Shown here piece by piece: positions 29,972-38,690 of a stretch of DNA of 56,903 nt. Below the pieces are notes generated by a model. It was not told where the DNA came from. It saw nothing but the letters and a program-made list of their open reading frames with translations, and ran no database searches. Each line of letters opens with the position of its first letter. Position 1 is the first letter of the stretch. A program made the position numbers and the translations under genes. This stretch comes from a virus (lineage: Duplodnaviria > Caudoviricetes), in IMG/VR virus record IMGVR_UViG_3300025141_008849, positions 1-56,903 of that record; one strand, given 5' to 3'.

Positions 29972-30622
29972 ATGGTTGATTGGAACAAACAAAAAAAATG
30001 GATAGATTTTGGTATAACAACATATTGCAATGCCGCCTGTCCTAGTTGTCCTCGCACAGATGAAGATGTTCAACAAGCATGGCCGTGGTTAACGCCAACT
30101 CATATTAATGCCAGGAAGTTAGTAAAAGTATTTGAAAAAAACGATTACTTTCCTGGCGTTGAGTACATTAGATTTTGTGGCGAACGTGGCGACCCAATGA
30201 TGCATCCAGATATTGAGTATCTAATAGATGCAGTTTGTTCTCACCGAAAAGTTGGTATAAACACCAACGGCAGTCTTCGTAATCCTGATTTTTATAAACG
30301 TATAGCAGAAAAGCACGGACCTAATTGTAACATTATATTTTCAATAGATGGGTTTAAAGATACTAATCACATGTATAGAATAGGTTTAGACTTTGATGCA
30401 ATATGGGAAAACTTCACTACATTTTGTAAAGCAGATGGTTGGGTAGACTGGGACTTTTTGGTTTGGTCTCACAACTGGCACCAAATTCCAAGAGTAAAAA
30501 AAGAAGCAAAAGAACTTGGTATTGAAGAAGTTGGTTTCAAAATAGTATCCTTAGGCAATTCGTATTGTACGCCAATTGGTAAAGATATTAAAAAAGCAGT
30601 GGAGAAAATGATTGAGTATTAA
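29972..30622 (+). CDS. Radical SAM core-domain protein
   Basis: CNAACPSC (CxxxCxxC), CGERGDP, NTNGS, FSIDG; start moved to ATG 29972. Confidence 0.9.
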   Translation: MVDWNKQKKWIDFGITTYCNAACPSCPRTDEDVQQAWPWLTPTHINARKLVKVFEKNDYFPGVEYIRFCGERGDPMMHPDIEYLIDAVCSHRKVGINTNGSLRNPDFYKRIAEKHGPNCNIIFSIDGFKDTNHMYRIGLDFDAIWENFTTFCKADGWVDWDFLVWSHNWHQIPRVKKEAKELGIEEVGFKIVSLGNSYCTPIGKDIKKAVEKMIEY

Positions 30623-30932
30623 GTGCCAAATAATTGACGAAGGAGAGATTCAAGTCGACGAAAATTTAAGAGCATGGCCGTGTTGCTATTATGATACTGC
30701 TAATGCCGAAGGACAAGGGAAAACTGGAGATGATTATGTTGATTCTCTCCCAAAAGATTGGAATTCTCTAAATACACATACATTAGAAGAGATTCTAAAA
30801 CATAAAGCATTTACGACACATTTTAATGATAGACATTGGAATAATAGTAAATGTTCGCCACTTTGTAAAGAATATTGTTCTGAAGAATCCGATGCACCAT
30901 TTGAAGCACGAAATATATCTTTACAAGAGTAA
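30612..30932 (+). CDS. Stand-alone SPASM/twitch-like Fe-S domain protein
   Basis: C...VDENLRAWPCC...CSPLCKEYC; TTG start with GGAG SD. Confidence 0.7.
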   Translation: MSIKCQIIDEGEIQVDENLRAWPCCYYDTANAEGQGKTGDDYVDSLPKDWNSLNTHTLEEILKHKAFTTHFNDRHWNNSKCSPLCKEYCSEESDAPFEARNISLQE

Positions 30933-30948
30933 AGAAAGATGTTATAAT
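30920..30948 (+). promoter_or_regulatory. Sigma70-type promoter, possibly leaderless
   Basis: TTTACA-17 nt-TATAAT with TG; ATG follows after 4 nt. Confidence 0.6.
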
Positions 30949-30952
30949 ATAT

Positions 30953-31957
30953 ATGAGCCCAGAATGCAAGACACGGAACTTAGTAAAAATAGACGAGAAC
31001 TTACGTTTATGGCCGTGTCCGTTTGTTAGCAATTCCTATAACAAAACTGAGAGCGGAGGAAAAGCAGTCCGGGATGAATTTTTAAATGTATTAGATAAAG
31101 ATTGGAATTCTCTACAAAATAAATCATTTGATGAAGTATTCAATCACGATGCATTTACGACACATTTTAATTATGAACATTGGGATGATGAAACAAAATG
31201 TTCATGGATATGTAAAAGGAATTGTAGTAAATCGAAGTTGAAAAACATGGATTTGGACTACCAAAAGGGGAAAAGGAATCGATCCAAATTACTAACAACA
31301 AAAAGGTCTCTTCAATCACTTGAACTTGGAATTACTTCACATTGTAACGCAGGATGTTCGGGGTGTAATCGCACAGATAATAATACAAGAAAAGCACGTC
31401 AAGATCTTAAACTTATTCATACACCAACTATTAAAATTAAACAATGTATTGATAATGCTATTGAATATTTTCCTGGTATCAAATCTATTGTATTTTGTGG
31501 TACTAGAGGAGACCCAATGATGCATCCAGATATTGAGGAGCTCATTGAATATGTATGTCAGAGACTTCATTTAAAAATTAACACAAACGGAAGTCTTAGA
31601 AGCCCGGAGTTTTATAAACGAATTGCTAATATTCATTTAAAAATTGTATTTTCTATAGACGGATTAGAAGACACAAATCATATTTACAGATATGGAACTA
31701 GTTGGGATAATATTTGGAATAACTTAACATCATATTGTAATGCCGGTGGATATGCCCATTGGGATTTTTTAGTATGGGAGCATAATTGGCACCAAATTCC
31801 TAAGGTTAAACAAATATGCAATAACCTCGGTGTTAAGCATGTAGAATTTAAAATAACACGACAAGGCACTCATCGACAAGGCGATGGTACACCAATTGTA
31901 AAATCAATAGAAGACGAGCAAACACTTAACACTATAAAGGAATGGATAAATGGCTAG
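30953..31957 (+). CDS. Radical SAM protein with an N-terminal SPASM/twitch-like domain
   Basis: IDENLRLWPC...CSWICKRNC precedes CNAGCSGC, CGTRGDP, NTNGS, FSIDG. Confidence 0.85.
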   Translation: MSPECKTRNLVKIDENLRLWPCPFVSNSYNKTESGGKAVRDEFLNVLDKDWNSLQNKSFDEVFNHDAFTTHFNYEHWDDETKCSWICKRNCSKSKLKNMDLDYQKGKRNRSKLLTTKRSLQSLELGITSHCNAGCSGCNRTDNNTRKARQDLKLIHTPTIKIKQCIDNAIEYFPGIKSIVFCGTRGDPMMHPDIEELIEYVCQRLHLKINTNGSLRSPEFYKRIANIHLKIVFSIDGLEDTNHIYRYGTSWDNIWNNLTSYCNAGGYAHWDFLVWEHNWHQIPKVKQICNNLGVKHVEFKITRQGTHRQGDGTPIVKSIEDEQTLNTIKEWING

Positions 31958-32579
31958 ATGTAACGAAACAGTCAGTGTAACAGATAAAGAACTTAATAAA
32001 ATGCAACGTGATGTTGAAAAACATTTTCAAAAAGTTCTAGAAGCATTAAAAATAGATACAGAAAACGATCATAATACTCAAGAAACTGCAAAGCGGGTAG
32101 CAAAAATGATGGTACGTGAAATCTTTGCTGGTAGATACGAACCTAAACCAGATATAACTGCATTTCCAAATATTAATGATTACGACGAATTATATATAAC
32201 AGGTCCAATACGAATACGAAGTACTTGTGCCCATCACTTTCAACCAATTGTTGGTAATGCATGGGTTGGTATTAAGCCAGCAAAAAATGTTATCGGATTA
32301 AGCAAGTTTAATAGACTGGTAGATTGGATTGCAAGCAGACCGCAAATACAAGAGGAAATGACTGTTCAAATTGCAGATGTTATACAAGAAGAAACAGGCG
32401 CAGAAAGTATTGCACTTATTGTTAAAGCAGAACATATGTGTTTAACTCATAGAGGTGTTAAAGAACACGAAAGTGATATGACAACTTCGGTAATGCGAGG
32501 CGACTTTAGAGAATTCCCACATATTAAACAAGAGTTTCTATCATTATTAAATGGCATGAAAGGGTTCGGTGGATCATGA
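31950..32579 (+). CDS. folE: GTP cyclohydrolase I
   Basis: ETAKRVAKM, STCAHHFQP, IGLSKFNR, RPQIQE, HMCLTHRGV. Confidence 0.97.
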   Translation: MARCNETVSVTDKELNKMQRDVEKHFQKVLEALKIDTENDHNTQETAKRVAKMMVREIFAGRYEPKPDITAFPNINDYDELYITGPIRIRSTCAHHFQPIVGNAWVGIKPAKNVIGLSKFNRLVDWIASRPQIQEEMTVQIADVIQEETGAESIALIVKAEHMCLTHRGVKEHESDMTTSVMRGDFREFPHIKQEFLSLLNGMKGFGGS

Positions 32580-32800
32580 AAGCAAAACTAACATTTAATT
32601 TACCTGAAGATGAAGAACAATTTAATGTTGCATCTAAAGCAATGGACTGGGCATTAATTGCATGGGATATTGATCAACAATGCCGTGATTGGATTAAATA
32701 TGATAATCATGATTTTAAAGAAGTTGACGAAACTTTACAAGGTATAAGGGATATTATTCATGAAGCAATGGAAGAAAAAGGAGTGAGGTTCCCATCATGA
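32576..32800 (+). CDS. Small phage hypothetical protein
   Basis: MKAKLTFNLPED...AWDIDQ; ATGA-coupled. Confidence 0.7.
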   Translation: MKAKLTFNLPEDEEQFNVASKAMDWALIAWDIDQQCRDWIKYDNHDFKEVDETLQGIRDIIHEAMEEKGVRFPS

Positions 32801-33012
32801 AAAAAGGATTCTTCAGCAAACCAACTCCTCGGCCAGAGGACGTACATAAATTATACCAAGATAAAGTCACATCACTAAATAGAAAGTGGGCTACGAAAGC
32901 CGAAGTTGAAAAACTTGAAAATCAAATAGTACATCTCAGATTAAGACTAGCAGAATTAGAACGAGATTTTACATATTTGCATAAACATCATGTAGAAAAA
33001 AACAATGGTTAG
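32797..33012 (+). CDS. Small coiled-coil hypothetical protein
   Basis: Coupled ORF with a heptad-like C-terminus. Confidence 0.55.
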   Translation: MKKGFFSKPTPRPEDVHKLYQDKVTSLNRKWATKAEVEKLENQIVHLRLRLAELERDFTYLHKHHVEKNNG

Positions 33013-33313
33013 AGTAAGGTTTATATGGGAAGCCTCAGGGCTTTATGACGACGAAGAAGAAGATGTCGGACCGATAGAATTAGAAACATACTACGATGCG
33101 GAAACATGGCAAGAAGCATGTGATGATGCCGCTGACTGTTATGATTGGGACGACGAAGACTGTATCAATTTTGATGCTAAAAGTGATTTGTGTGAAACTA
33201 CTCGATCTCTTGATAAAATACTAATACAAGAAGACGGCAAAGAAGAAGTAGAAGCAGACCCAGAAGTACACGATTACTATTCTAAAGCCGAAGAAAAGGC
33301 AATGGGGTTTTAG
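33005..33313 (+). CDS. Highly acidic small protein
   Basis: 102 aa, very Asp/Glu-rich. Confidence 0.6.
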   Translation: MVRVRFIWEASGLYDDEEEDVGPIELETYYDAETWQEACDDAADCYDWDDEDCINFDAKSDLCETTRSLDKILIQEDGKEEVEADPEVHDYYSKAEEKAMGF

Positions 33314-33314
33314 T

Positions 33315-33500
33315 ATGACGGCAATTGATATTAAAAATTTAAACACCACAGAAATAAAACAAGTAAAAGAATGGTGTGAACAGGAATTAAAATTTCGTGA
33401 AGAAATAGGAGAAGAAATAGAACGCCGTAAGCAATATGACAATGGTATTCGAAACTATCCCGATGGAGCACTTGCATATTCAGTGACAAGGAATCCATAA
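33315..33500 (+). CDS. Small hypothetical protein
   Basis: 61 aa ORF starting just after the upstream stop. Confidence 0.5.
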   Translation: MTAIDIKNLNTTEIKQVKEWCEQELKFREEIGEEIERRKQYDNGIRNYPDGALAYSVTRNP

Positions 33501-33506
33501 CGATTT

Positions 33507-33561
33507 TAGGTAGTCTGGGGGCCCAGGTGGGCGTCCTGGCGCTCAGCCTTTGGGCTATCTA
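33507..33561 (+). ncRNA. GC-rich intergenic structured RNA element or terminator
   Basis: 16 bp outer stem with G-U pairs, inner CCAGG/CCTGG hairpin, alternative TGGGCG/CGCTCA pairing. Confidence 0.5.
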
Positions 33562-33581
33562 TTCTTTATAAGGAACAAAGA

Positions 33582-33908
33582 ATGGGAAGCACCGCAGACT
33601 GGTGGTACAAGGAAAGATTACCTGAACTTCAACGTGAAGAAGAGGAAAAAGCAAAACTAAAAAAAGAAAAGGAAGGCATGGAACAAGCGACTACAATTAA
33701 CGCAAATAACATAACATCCGAAGGCGAAATAATGTACGATCAACATACTTCAGAATTTCTTATTGGTTCAAACACCAGCAAAATAGAGATTGACCTTTCG
33801 GATATAAATCTGTTATACTTAACAAAGCAAGCTCATAGCAGAAATATCACATTAAACAATCTTATTAACGAAATAATGCATGATACGATTCAGCGAGATT
33901 TTTTATAG
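33582..33908 (+). CDS. Hypothetical protein with a possible ribbon-helix-helix-like C-terminus
   Basis: AAGGA SD; IEIDLS...QAHSRNITLNNLINEIM. Confidence 0.55.
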   Translation: MGSTADWWYKERLPELQREEEEKAKLKKEKEGMEQATTINANNITSEGEIMYDQHTSEFLIGSNTSKIEIDLSDINLLYLTKQAHSRNITLNNLINEIMHDTIQRDFL

Positions 33909-34722
33909 TATTCAAGGCGAAGGCAAATGGATAGGAACACCAAGTGTTTTTATGCGATTATTTGGTTGTAACTTTGAATGTAGAGGATTTGGACAGGGCA
34001 GGGATCCAAATAACTGGATTAAAAAAGAATGGATGCCTCATCGAATTGATCCAAAGATAAAAGAATACAAATCATTTAATGACTTACCAGTACCAGCAAT
34101 AGGTTGTGATTCTAGTGCCACTTGGGCAAAAGAATACATGCATTTAACAACCTACGAAGAAGCATCATTAGTTGCAAAACGACTAATCGACATTACACCA
34201 ACTAAACAATGGGAAAATATACATCTAGTTATTACTGGAGGAGAACCACTTATGTGGCAAAAACAACTTCCAGAATTACTCAGTGATGAAAAGTTAAAAG
34301 ATTTAAAACATATTACGTTTGAAACAAACGGAACTCAAAAATTAAGACCTCAATTTATAGAATTTCTTGAAAACTCTAACTTCTATACAACATTTGCCTG
34401 TTCAGCAAAACTAAGCATTAGCGGTGAACCTTGGGATAAAGCCATTAGACCAGATGTGGTAAATATGTATGGAAAGGTTAAGAATAGCGAATTGTTTTTT
34501 AAATTCGTTGTCCAAGACGAACAATGTTTATATGATGTTAAAAAAGCACTTAACGAATATAAACTACCAAGTAGTACTCCAGTATATCTTATGCCAGTAG
34601 GGGGTACACAAGAAACATTAAACCTGACTGAACGACAGGTTGCTGATGTAAGTTTAGCAAATGGCTTTAAGTTCAGTCCTCGACTACATGTAGGGCTTTT
34701 TGGCAATGCATGGGGAACGTAG
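33880..34722 (+). CDS. queE: 7-carboxy-7-deazaguanine synthase (radical SAM)
   Basis: SEIFYSIQGEG, FMRLFGCNFEC...CDS, VITGGEP, FETNGT, FSPRLH. Confidence 0.93.
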   Translation: MIRFSEIFYSIQGEGKWIGTPSVFMRLFGCNFECRGFGQGRDPNNWIKKEWMPHRIDPKIKEYKSFNDLPVPAIGCDSSATWAKEYMHLTTYEEASLVAKRLIDITPTKQWENIHLVITGGEPLMWQKQLPELLSDEKLKDLKHITFETNGTQKLRPQFIEFLENSNFYTTFACSAKLSISGEPWDKAIRPDVVNMYGKVKNSELFFKFVVQDEQCLYDVKKALNEYKLPSSTPVYLMPVGGTQETLNLTERQVADVSLANGFKFSPRLHVGLFGNAWGT

Positions 34723-34725
34723 ACA

Positions 34726-35022
34726 ATGGGACTTAAAGATATTTTTAAAAAGAAAAAGGATAAGCCTAAAGTTTTGCCGGCTCCAATAATGGATGCTGAT
34801 TTAGCAAAAGAAAAATTACAGGCGGATAAAAAAGGTGAACCGTGGGTTAAAGTTATAGATTTAAATCTTAACCCGGATGACCCAAGTAAAGGTTTTATTG
34901 AATTAGATTGGAATAATGACTTTGTTAGATACCTTAAAGAACATGGGTTCGAAGGTAATGACGAGGAAATAATTGATGAATGGTTAACAGAACTTTGTAG
35001 ATCAATTTATGCAAACGGATAA
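34726..35022 (+). CDS. Phage hypothetical protein
   Basis: EPWVKV...GFIELDWN...IIDEWLTELCR. Confidence 0.65.
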   Translation: MGLKDIFKKKKDKPKVLPAPIMDADLAKEKLQADKKGEPWVKVIDLNLNPDDPSKGFIELDWNNDFVRYLKEHGFEGNDEEIIDEWLTELCRSIYANG

Positions 35023-35026
35023 TAAT

Positions 35027-35983
35027 ATGACTGATTACATTCTTGTAGATTTACATAACATGTTTCATAGAGCAAAACATGTGTCAAGAGGACCAGATGT
35101 TGAAACAAAAATAGGTATGTGTTTACATATTCTATTTTCCAGTATAAATTATGTCAGCAAGAAGTTTGGCGGACATGTTATTATTGCGTCGGAAGGACGA
35201 AGTTGGCGTAAAACAGTATATCCAATATATAAAGCAAACCGCAAAGAATTACAAGCACAAGCATCAACTAAAGAATTACGAGAAGTACAGATGCTTTTTG
35301 ATGCATTGGACGATACATTAGAATTTTTTAAAAGTAAATCAAATTGTACTGTATTGCACCATCCCGAAATGGAAGCAGACGATTTAATTGCGGCTTGGGC
35401 ACAAAAGTTTCCAGATAAAAAACATGTTATCGTAAGCAGTGATAGTGATTATTTACAATTAATTAATCCTAATGTTGAAATATACAACGGTATAACAAAT
35501 AACCTTATTAAATTGGAAGGTTATTTTGATGATAAAGGAAATAAACTTAAAGATACACCTGATCCTGAATGGTTATTATTCGAAAAATGTATGAGAGGCG
35601 ATTCATCTGATAATGTTAAATCAGCCTACCCAGGTGTACGTACAAAGAGTACGAAAAAACAAATTGGGCTATTAGAGGCTTTTGACGATAGAAATAGCAA
35701 AGGATTTGCATGGAATAACTTAATGTTACAACGTTGGGTTGACCATGACAATAACGAGCGTAAAGTAATAGACGCTTATTTAGAAAACAAACAATTGATA
35801 GACTTGACCAACCAACCCAAAAACATAAGAGAAGCATTGGAAGGATGTATCAACGAGGTTGAACCAAAAAAGGTTCCCATGGTTGGAATTCACTTTATGA
35901 AATTCTGCGGAAAGTACAGTCTAACACGATGTGGCGAACAAGTTAACGAACATGTTCGGTACCTTAATCGAGGACACGAGTAG
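35027..35983 (+). CDS. T4 RNase H-like 5'-3' exonuclease (FEN family)
   Basis: ILVD..N, SWRK...YKANR, EADD, SSDSDYLQL, GDSSDNV. Confidence 0.93.
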   Translation: MTDYILVDLHNMFHRAKHVSRGPDVETKIGMCLHILFSSINYVSKKFGGHVIIASEGRSWRKTVYPIYKANRKELQAQASTKELREVQMLFDALDDTLEFFKSKSNCTVLHHPEMEADDLIAAWAQKFPDKKHVIVSSDSDYLQLINPNVEIYNGITNNLIKLEGYFDDKGNKLKDTPDPEWLLFEKCMRGDSSDNVKSAYPGVRTKSTKKQIGLLEAFDDRNSKGFAWNNLMLQRWVDHDNNERKVIDAYLENKQLIDLTNQPKNIREALEGCINEVEPKKVPMVGIHFMKFCGKYSLTRCGEQVNEHVRYLNRGHE

Positions 35984-35992
35984 GAGATATGA

Positions 35993-37063
35993 GTGAAAAA
36001 ACTAACCACAGTGGCACTTGCCCTCTGTGTTGCTTCAATCGCATGGGCAGGTCTCAATAAAGAAATAGTAGACCGTGTAAAGGCGGCTACCGTCTTTATA
36101 CTAATGAAGAGCAATAATAACCTTTCTGTACGCAATCCAGAAGGATCTGGTATGTGTAGTGGATTTGTTATTAATGAAAAAAGACATATAGTAACCAATT
36201 ATCATTGCATACATAATGCAGATGAATTAAAACTTGCATTTTATGACAAAGACGATTGGAATATTTATAAAGTTGAAATTATTGGTAAAGATCCATTATC
36301 GGATTTAGCAGTAATACACATACCAAAACGTAAAAAACCATTACCTTACTTAGAATGGTCCGAAGAAGAATTATGGGATGGTATGGATGTATTTGCAGTA
36401 GGTCATCCATTTGGCATGGTTTGGTCTGTATCAAAAGGTATTGTAAGTAATACAGAAAGAATTATAAGATCACCTTATGTTCGATTACTTCAAACCGATG
36501 TAGCAATAAATCATGGTAACTCAGGAGGACCTTTAGTTAATACAGCAGGGAAGGTTATTGGTGTTAATGCGATGATAATTAATCCGTCGCCAATACAACC
36601 TAAAACAAATATAGGCATGGCATTGTCGATACGTAAAGATGATGCAAGAGAAATTGTTGATGTTATTAAAGAAGGTAAAGAATTTGTACGAGCATACATT
36701 GGCGTTCGATTAGTTAATCTAAATCCATTAAATTTAGATACAGTAAGAGAGATGCCTGAAGTTAAAGAGGCTAATATTACTGTTCCAGATATTTTTGGAT
36801 GTATGATTGCACCTTTAGGCGAAATGCCAGAAGGTCTCCAATACTTTGATATAATAATAGGTGTAGATGGAAATGCAGTCAACCGTCAAGAAGATTTAAC
36901 AAACGTTGTACGAAAAAAGAAGGTAGGCGAAACAATAAATCTCTTAATAGTAAGAGATAAACTTAACAAAAATGTTAAAGTTACGTTGAGAAAATTGGAA
37001 ATACGAGCAGGCGAATTATATGACAAACAAGGAAAGTTACAACCTCCAGGTAAAAGTCGCTAG
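35993..37063 (+). CDS. HtrA/DegP-like trypsin serine protease with signal peptide and PDZ-like domain
   Basis: TNYHCI, SDLAV, QTDVAINHGNSGGPL; N-terminal MKKLTTVALALCVASIAWA. Confidence 0.93.
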   Translation: MKKLTTVALALCVASIAWAGLNKEIVDRVKAATVFILMKSNNNLSVRNPEGSGMCSGFVINEKRHIVTNYHCIHNADELKLAFYDKDDWNIYKVEIIGKDPLSDLAVIHIPKRKKPLPYLEWSEEELWDGMDVFAVGHPFGMVWSVSKGIVSNTERIIRSPYVRLLQTDVAINHGNSGGPLVNTAGKVIGVNAMIINPSPIQPKTNIGMALSIRKDDAREIVDVIKEGKEFVRAYIGVRLVNLNPLNLDTVREMPEVKEANITVPDIFGCMIAPLGEMPEGLQYFDIIIGVDGNAVNRQEDLTNVVRKKKVGETINLLIVRDKLNKNVKVTLRKLEIRAGELYDKQGKLQPPGKSR

Positions 37064-37553
37064 ATGGATTACGGCACTATTATGTTTCTTAATGGTGCCA
37101 ATCCTTGCTGATGGTAAGGATAAAAAATGTCAGTATCCCCTGAATTGGAGTTCAGGTCCAGTAACATTTATGGTGAATGAATGTTTTAAAGCCATGAATA
37201 AACAAAGCATAACCTCTTGGGGAGCACCTATACAACCATTCTTAGGAATGAACCATTGTTCATGTGTAACCGATGCTATACGAACAGATTACCCATGCCA
37301 AGAAGATTATTCAAAATTTACCCTTGAAGGTACATCTGATGTTTATATAGCAGAACTTAGTAAGAAATGTATACTAAATGGTTCAATGGGCGACGAAGTA
37401 AAGAAAGCATATATCAACCTTGGAGGCGATAATGCAACAACATCAGATAATAAAAGTAACAACATTGAAATTCCAATGAAAGTTGAAAAAGCACCGCCAT
37501 TGGTTGAACCCACTAAGGATCAACCAACTTGGGGCGATTTAATTAATAAATAA
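37020..37553 (+). CDS. Exported Cys-containing hypothetical protein
   Basis: Hydrophobic signal-like segment and CSC motif. Confidence 0.55.
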   Translation: MTNKESYNLQVKVARWITALLCFLMVPILADGKDKKCQYPLNWSSGPVTFMVNECFKAMNKQSITSWGAPIQPFLGMNHCSCVTDAIRTDYPCQEDYSKFTLEGTSDVYIAELSKKCILNGSMGDEVKKAYINLGGDNATTSDNKSNNIEIPMKVEKAPPLVEPTKDQPTWGDLINK

Positions 37554-37583
37554 TGATATTATAACAATAATAGAAAAAATATT

Positions 37584-37886
37584 ATGGCAGAAGAAATGGT
37601 GGATAGTACTACAAAAAAACATGATAATTTAGAAAGCAGACGAAGTCGGAACTGGTTTGCTAGATACTCGCTATCAATGATAATCGTTTTAACCTTTTTA
37701 GGATTAGTTGGATTATTGTTTTTCGCTACATTACCACAAGAAGCACGAGACTTATTGAATATTTTGTTAGGTGCTTATGTAGCGGTCTTAGCGAAAACAA
37801 CCGATTATTGGTTTAAAGAGAAAGACGATCCAGAAATTAATGAAGCACAGGCCCTGCAAGAAGCAGACGTTATTAACGGGAAATAA
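37584..37886 (+). CDS. Two-helix membrane protein
   Basis: Two hydrophobic helices ending in DYWF. Confidence 0.65.
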   Translation: MAEEMVDSTTKKHDNLESRRSRNWFARYSLSMIIVLTFLGLVGLLFFATLPQEARDLLNILLGAYVAVLAKTTDYWFKEKDDPEINEAQALQEADVINGK

Positions 37887-37889
37887 AAT

Positions 37890-37997
37890 ATGGAAAAATG
37901 TTGCCCAGAATGTAAGTGCGACATATGTGAGTGTACTGTAGGCGGTCCACATAAAGATGATTGCAAATGCGACTGCCCATGCTCACAACAAAGTTGA
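37890..37997 (+). CDS. Metallothionein-like Cys-rich peptide (35 aa), missing from the ORF track
   Basis: MEKCCPECKCDICECTVGGPHKDDCKCDCPCSQQS: 10 Cys in CC/CxC/CxxC clusters, no aromatic residues; starts 3 nt after the upstream stop. Confidence 0.65.
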   Translation: MEKCCPECKCDICECTVGGPHKDDCKCDCPCSQQS

Positions 37998-38337
37998 GCC
38001 TCATCAAATTCAGATTAAAGTCCTCGAAGACATTCGTGTCCTAGAGGACCATATCGAACCCCCCAAACCTCGACTTATATTCGACAATTATAGGCCAAAT
38101 GGCTCGGGTTTACGCCTAACCCCTTATGGCTATAAAGTCTGTAAAAGACTTTACGACTCGTCAACAATAAAAATCAAAAATGAAGTTAAAGGTAAGAATC
38201 TAATTTTATTAGATAGAAATCTATATTGGCCGTATTACTTAACACGGCGTGAAATAACAATGTTTGGTGCTACCGATGTATTTGATCTCAAACTATATGA
38301 TGGAGATATAAATGCATGGTGTAATGCTAAAATTTAG
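37957..38337 (+). CDS. Phage hypothetical protein
   Basis: GLRLTPYG...LILLDRNLYWPYYL; start uncertain. Confidence 0.55.
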   Translation: MIANATAHAHNKVEPHQIQIKVLEDIRVLEDHIEPPKPRLIFDNYRPNGSGLRLTPYGYKVCKRLYDSSTIKIKNEVKGKNLILLDRNLYWPYYLTRREITMFGATDVFDLKLYDGDINAWCNAKI

Positions 38338-38588
38338 TTTAACTTAAACCTACGATCAACATGTCTAACAGTACCTCGCAATGCGTCGTGGTCATATATG
38401 TAAACATCTTTAATCGGTCCGTCGATATGTTTATCCCAATAATTTAAAAACCTTTGAATTCTGGGATAATCGGGTATCTCGTCTTCTGTTTGCCATGCAA
38501 ATTCGTTAAGAATATGTATGTAATCAGGTATATGATAGATTACCCGTACAGTTGCTAAAGTCCATTTATTTAATAAAATTTCTGCCAT
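38334..38588 (-). CDS. usg: Usg-like protein
   Basis: YHIPDY..IL..F.WQ..D..PDYPRI.RFL.YW...IDGPI pattern of the Usg family. Confidence 0.8.
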   Translation of the reverse strand: MAEILLNKWTLATVRVIYHIPDYIHILNEFAWQTEDEIPDYPRIQRFLNYWDKHIDGPIKDVYIYDHDALRGTVRHVDRRFKLN

Positions 38589-38613
38589 AATATCCTAATT
38601 TTCTATATTTACC

Positions 38614-38690
38614 GGTTGACCTTTTTATAAGCAGATAGTATAATAGTTGTAAATTAAGTTAATAAGTTAACTTTTCAAGGAGACAAGATG
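38614..38690 (+). promoter_or_regulatory. Early-type promoter/RBS cassette, copy 1
   Basis: GGTTGACCTTTT, 17 nt spacing to TATAAT (38639-38644), AGGAGACAAGATG. Confidence 0.85.

Noticed and set aside
33507-33561. tRNA or class I preQ1 riboswitch
   Set aside because: No cloverleaf or TTC loop and no A-rich 3' tail typical of preQ1-I; kept only as an unclassified structure
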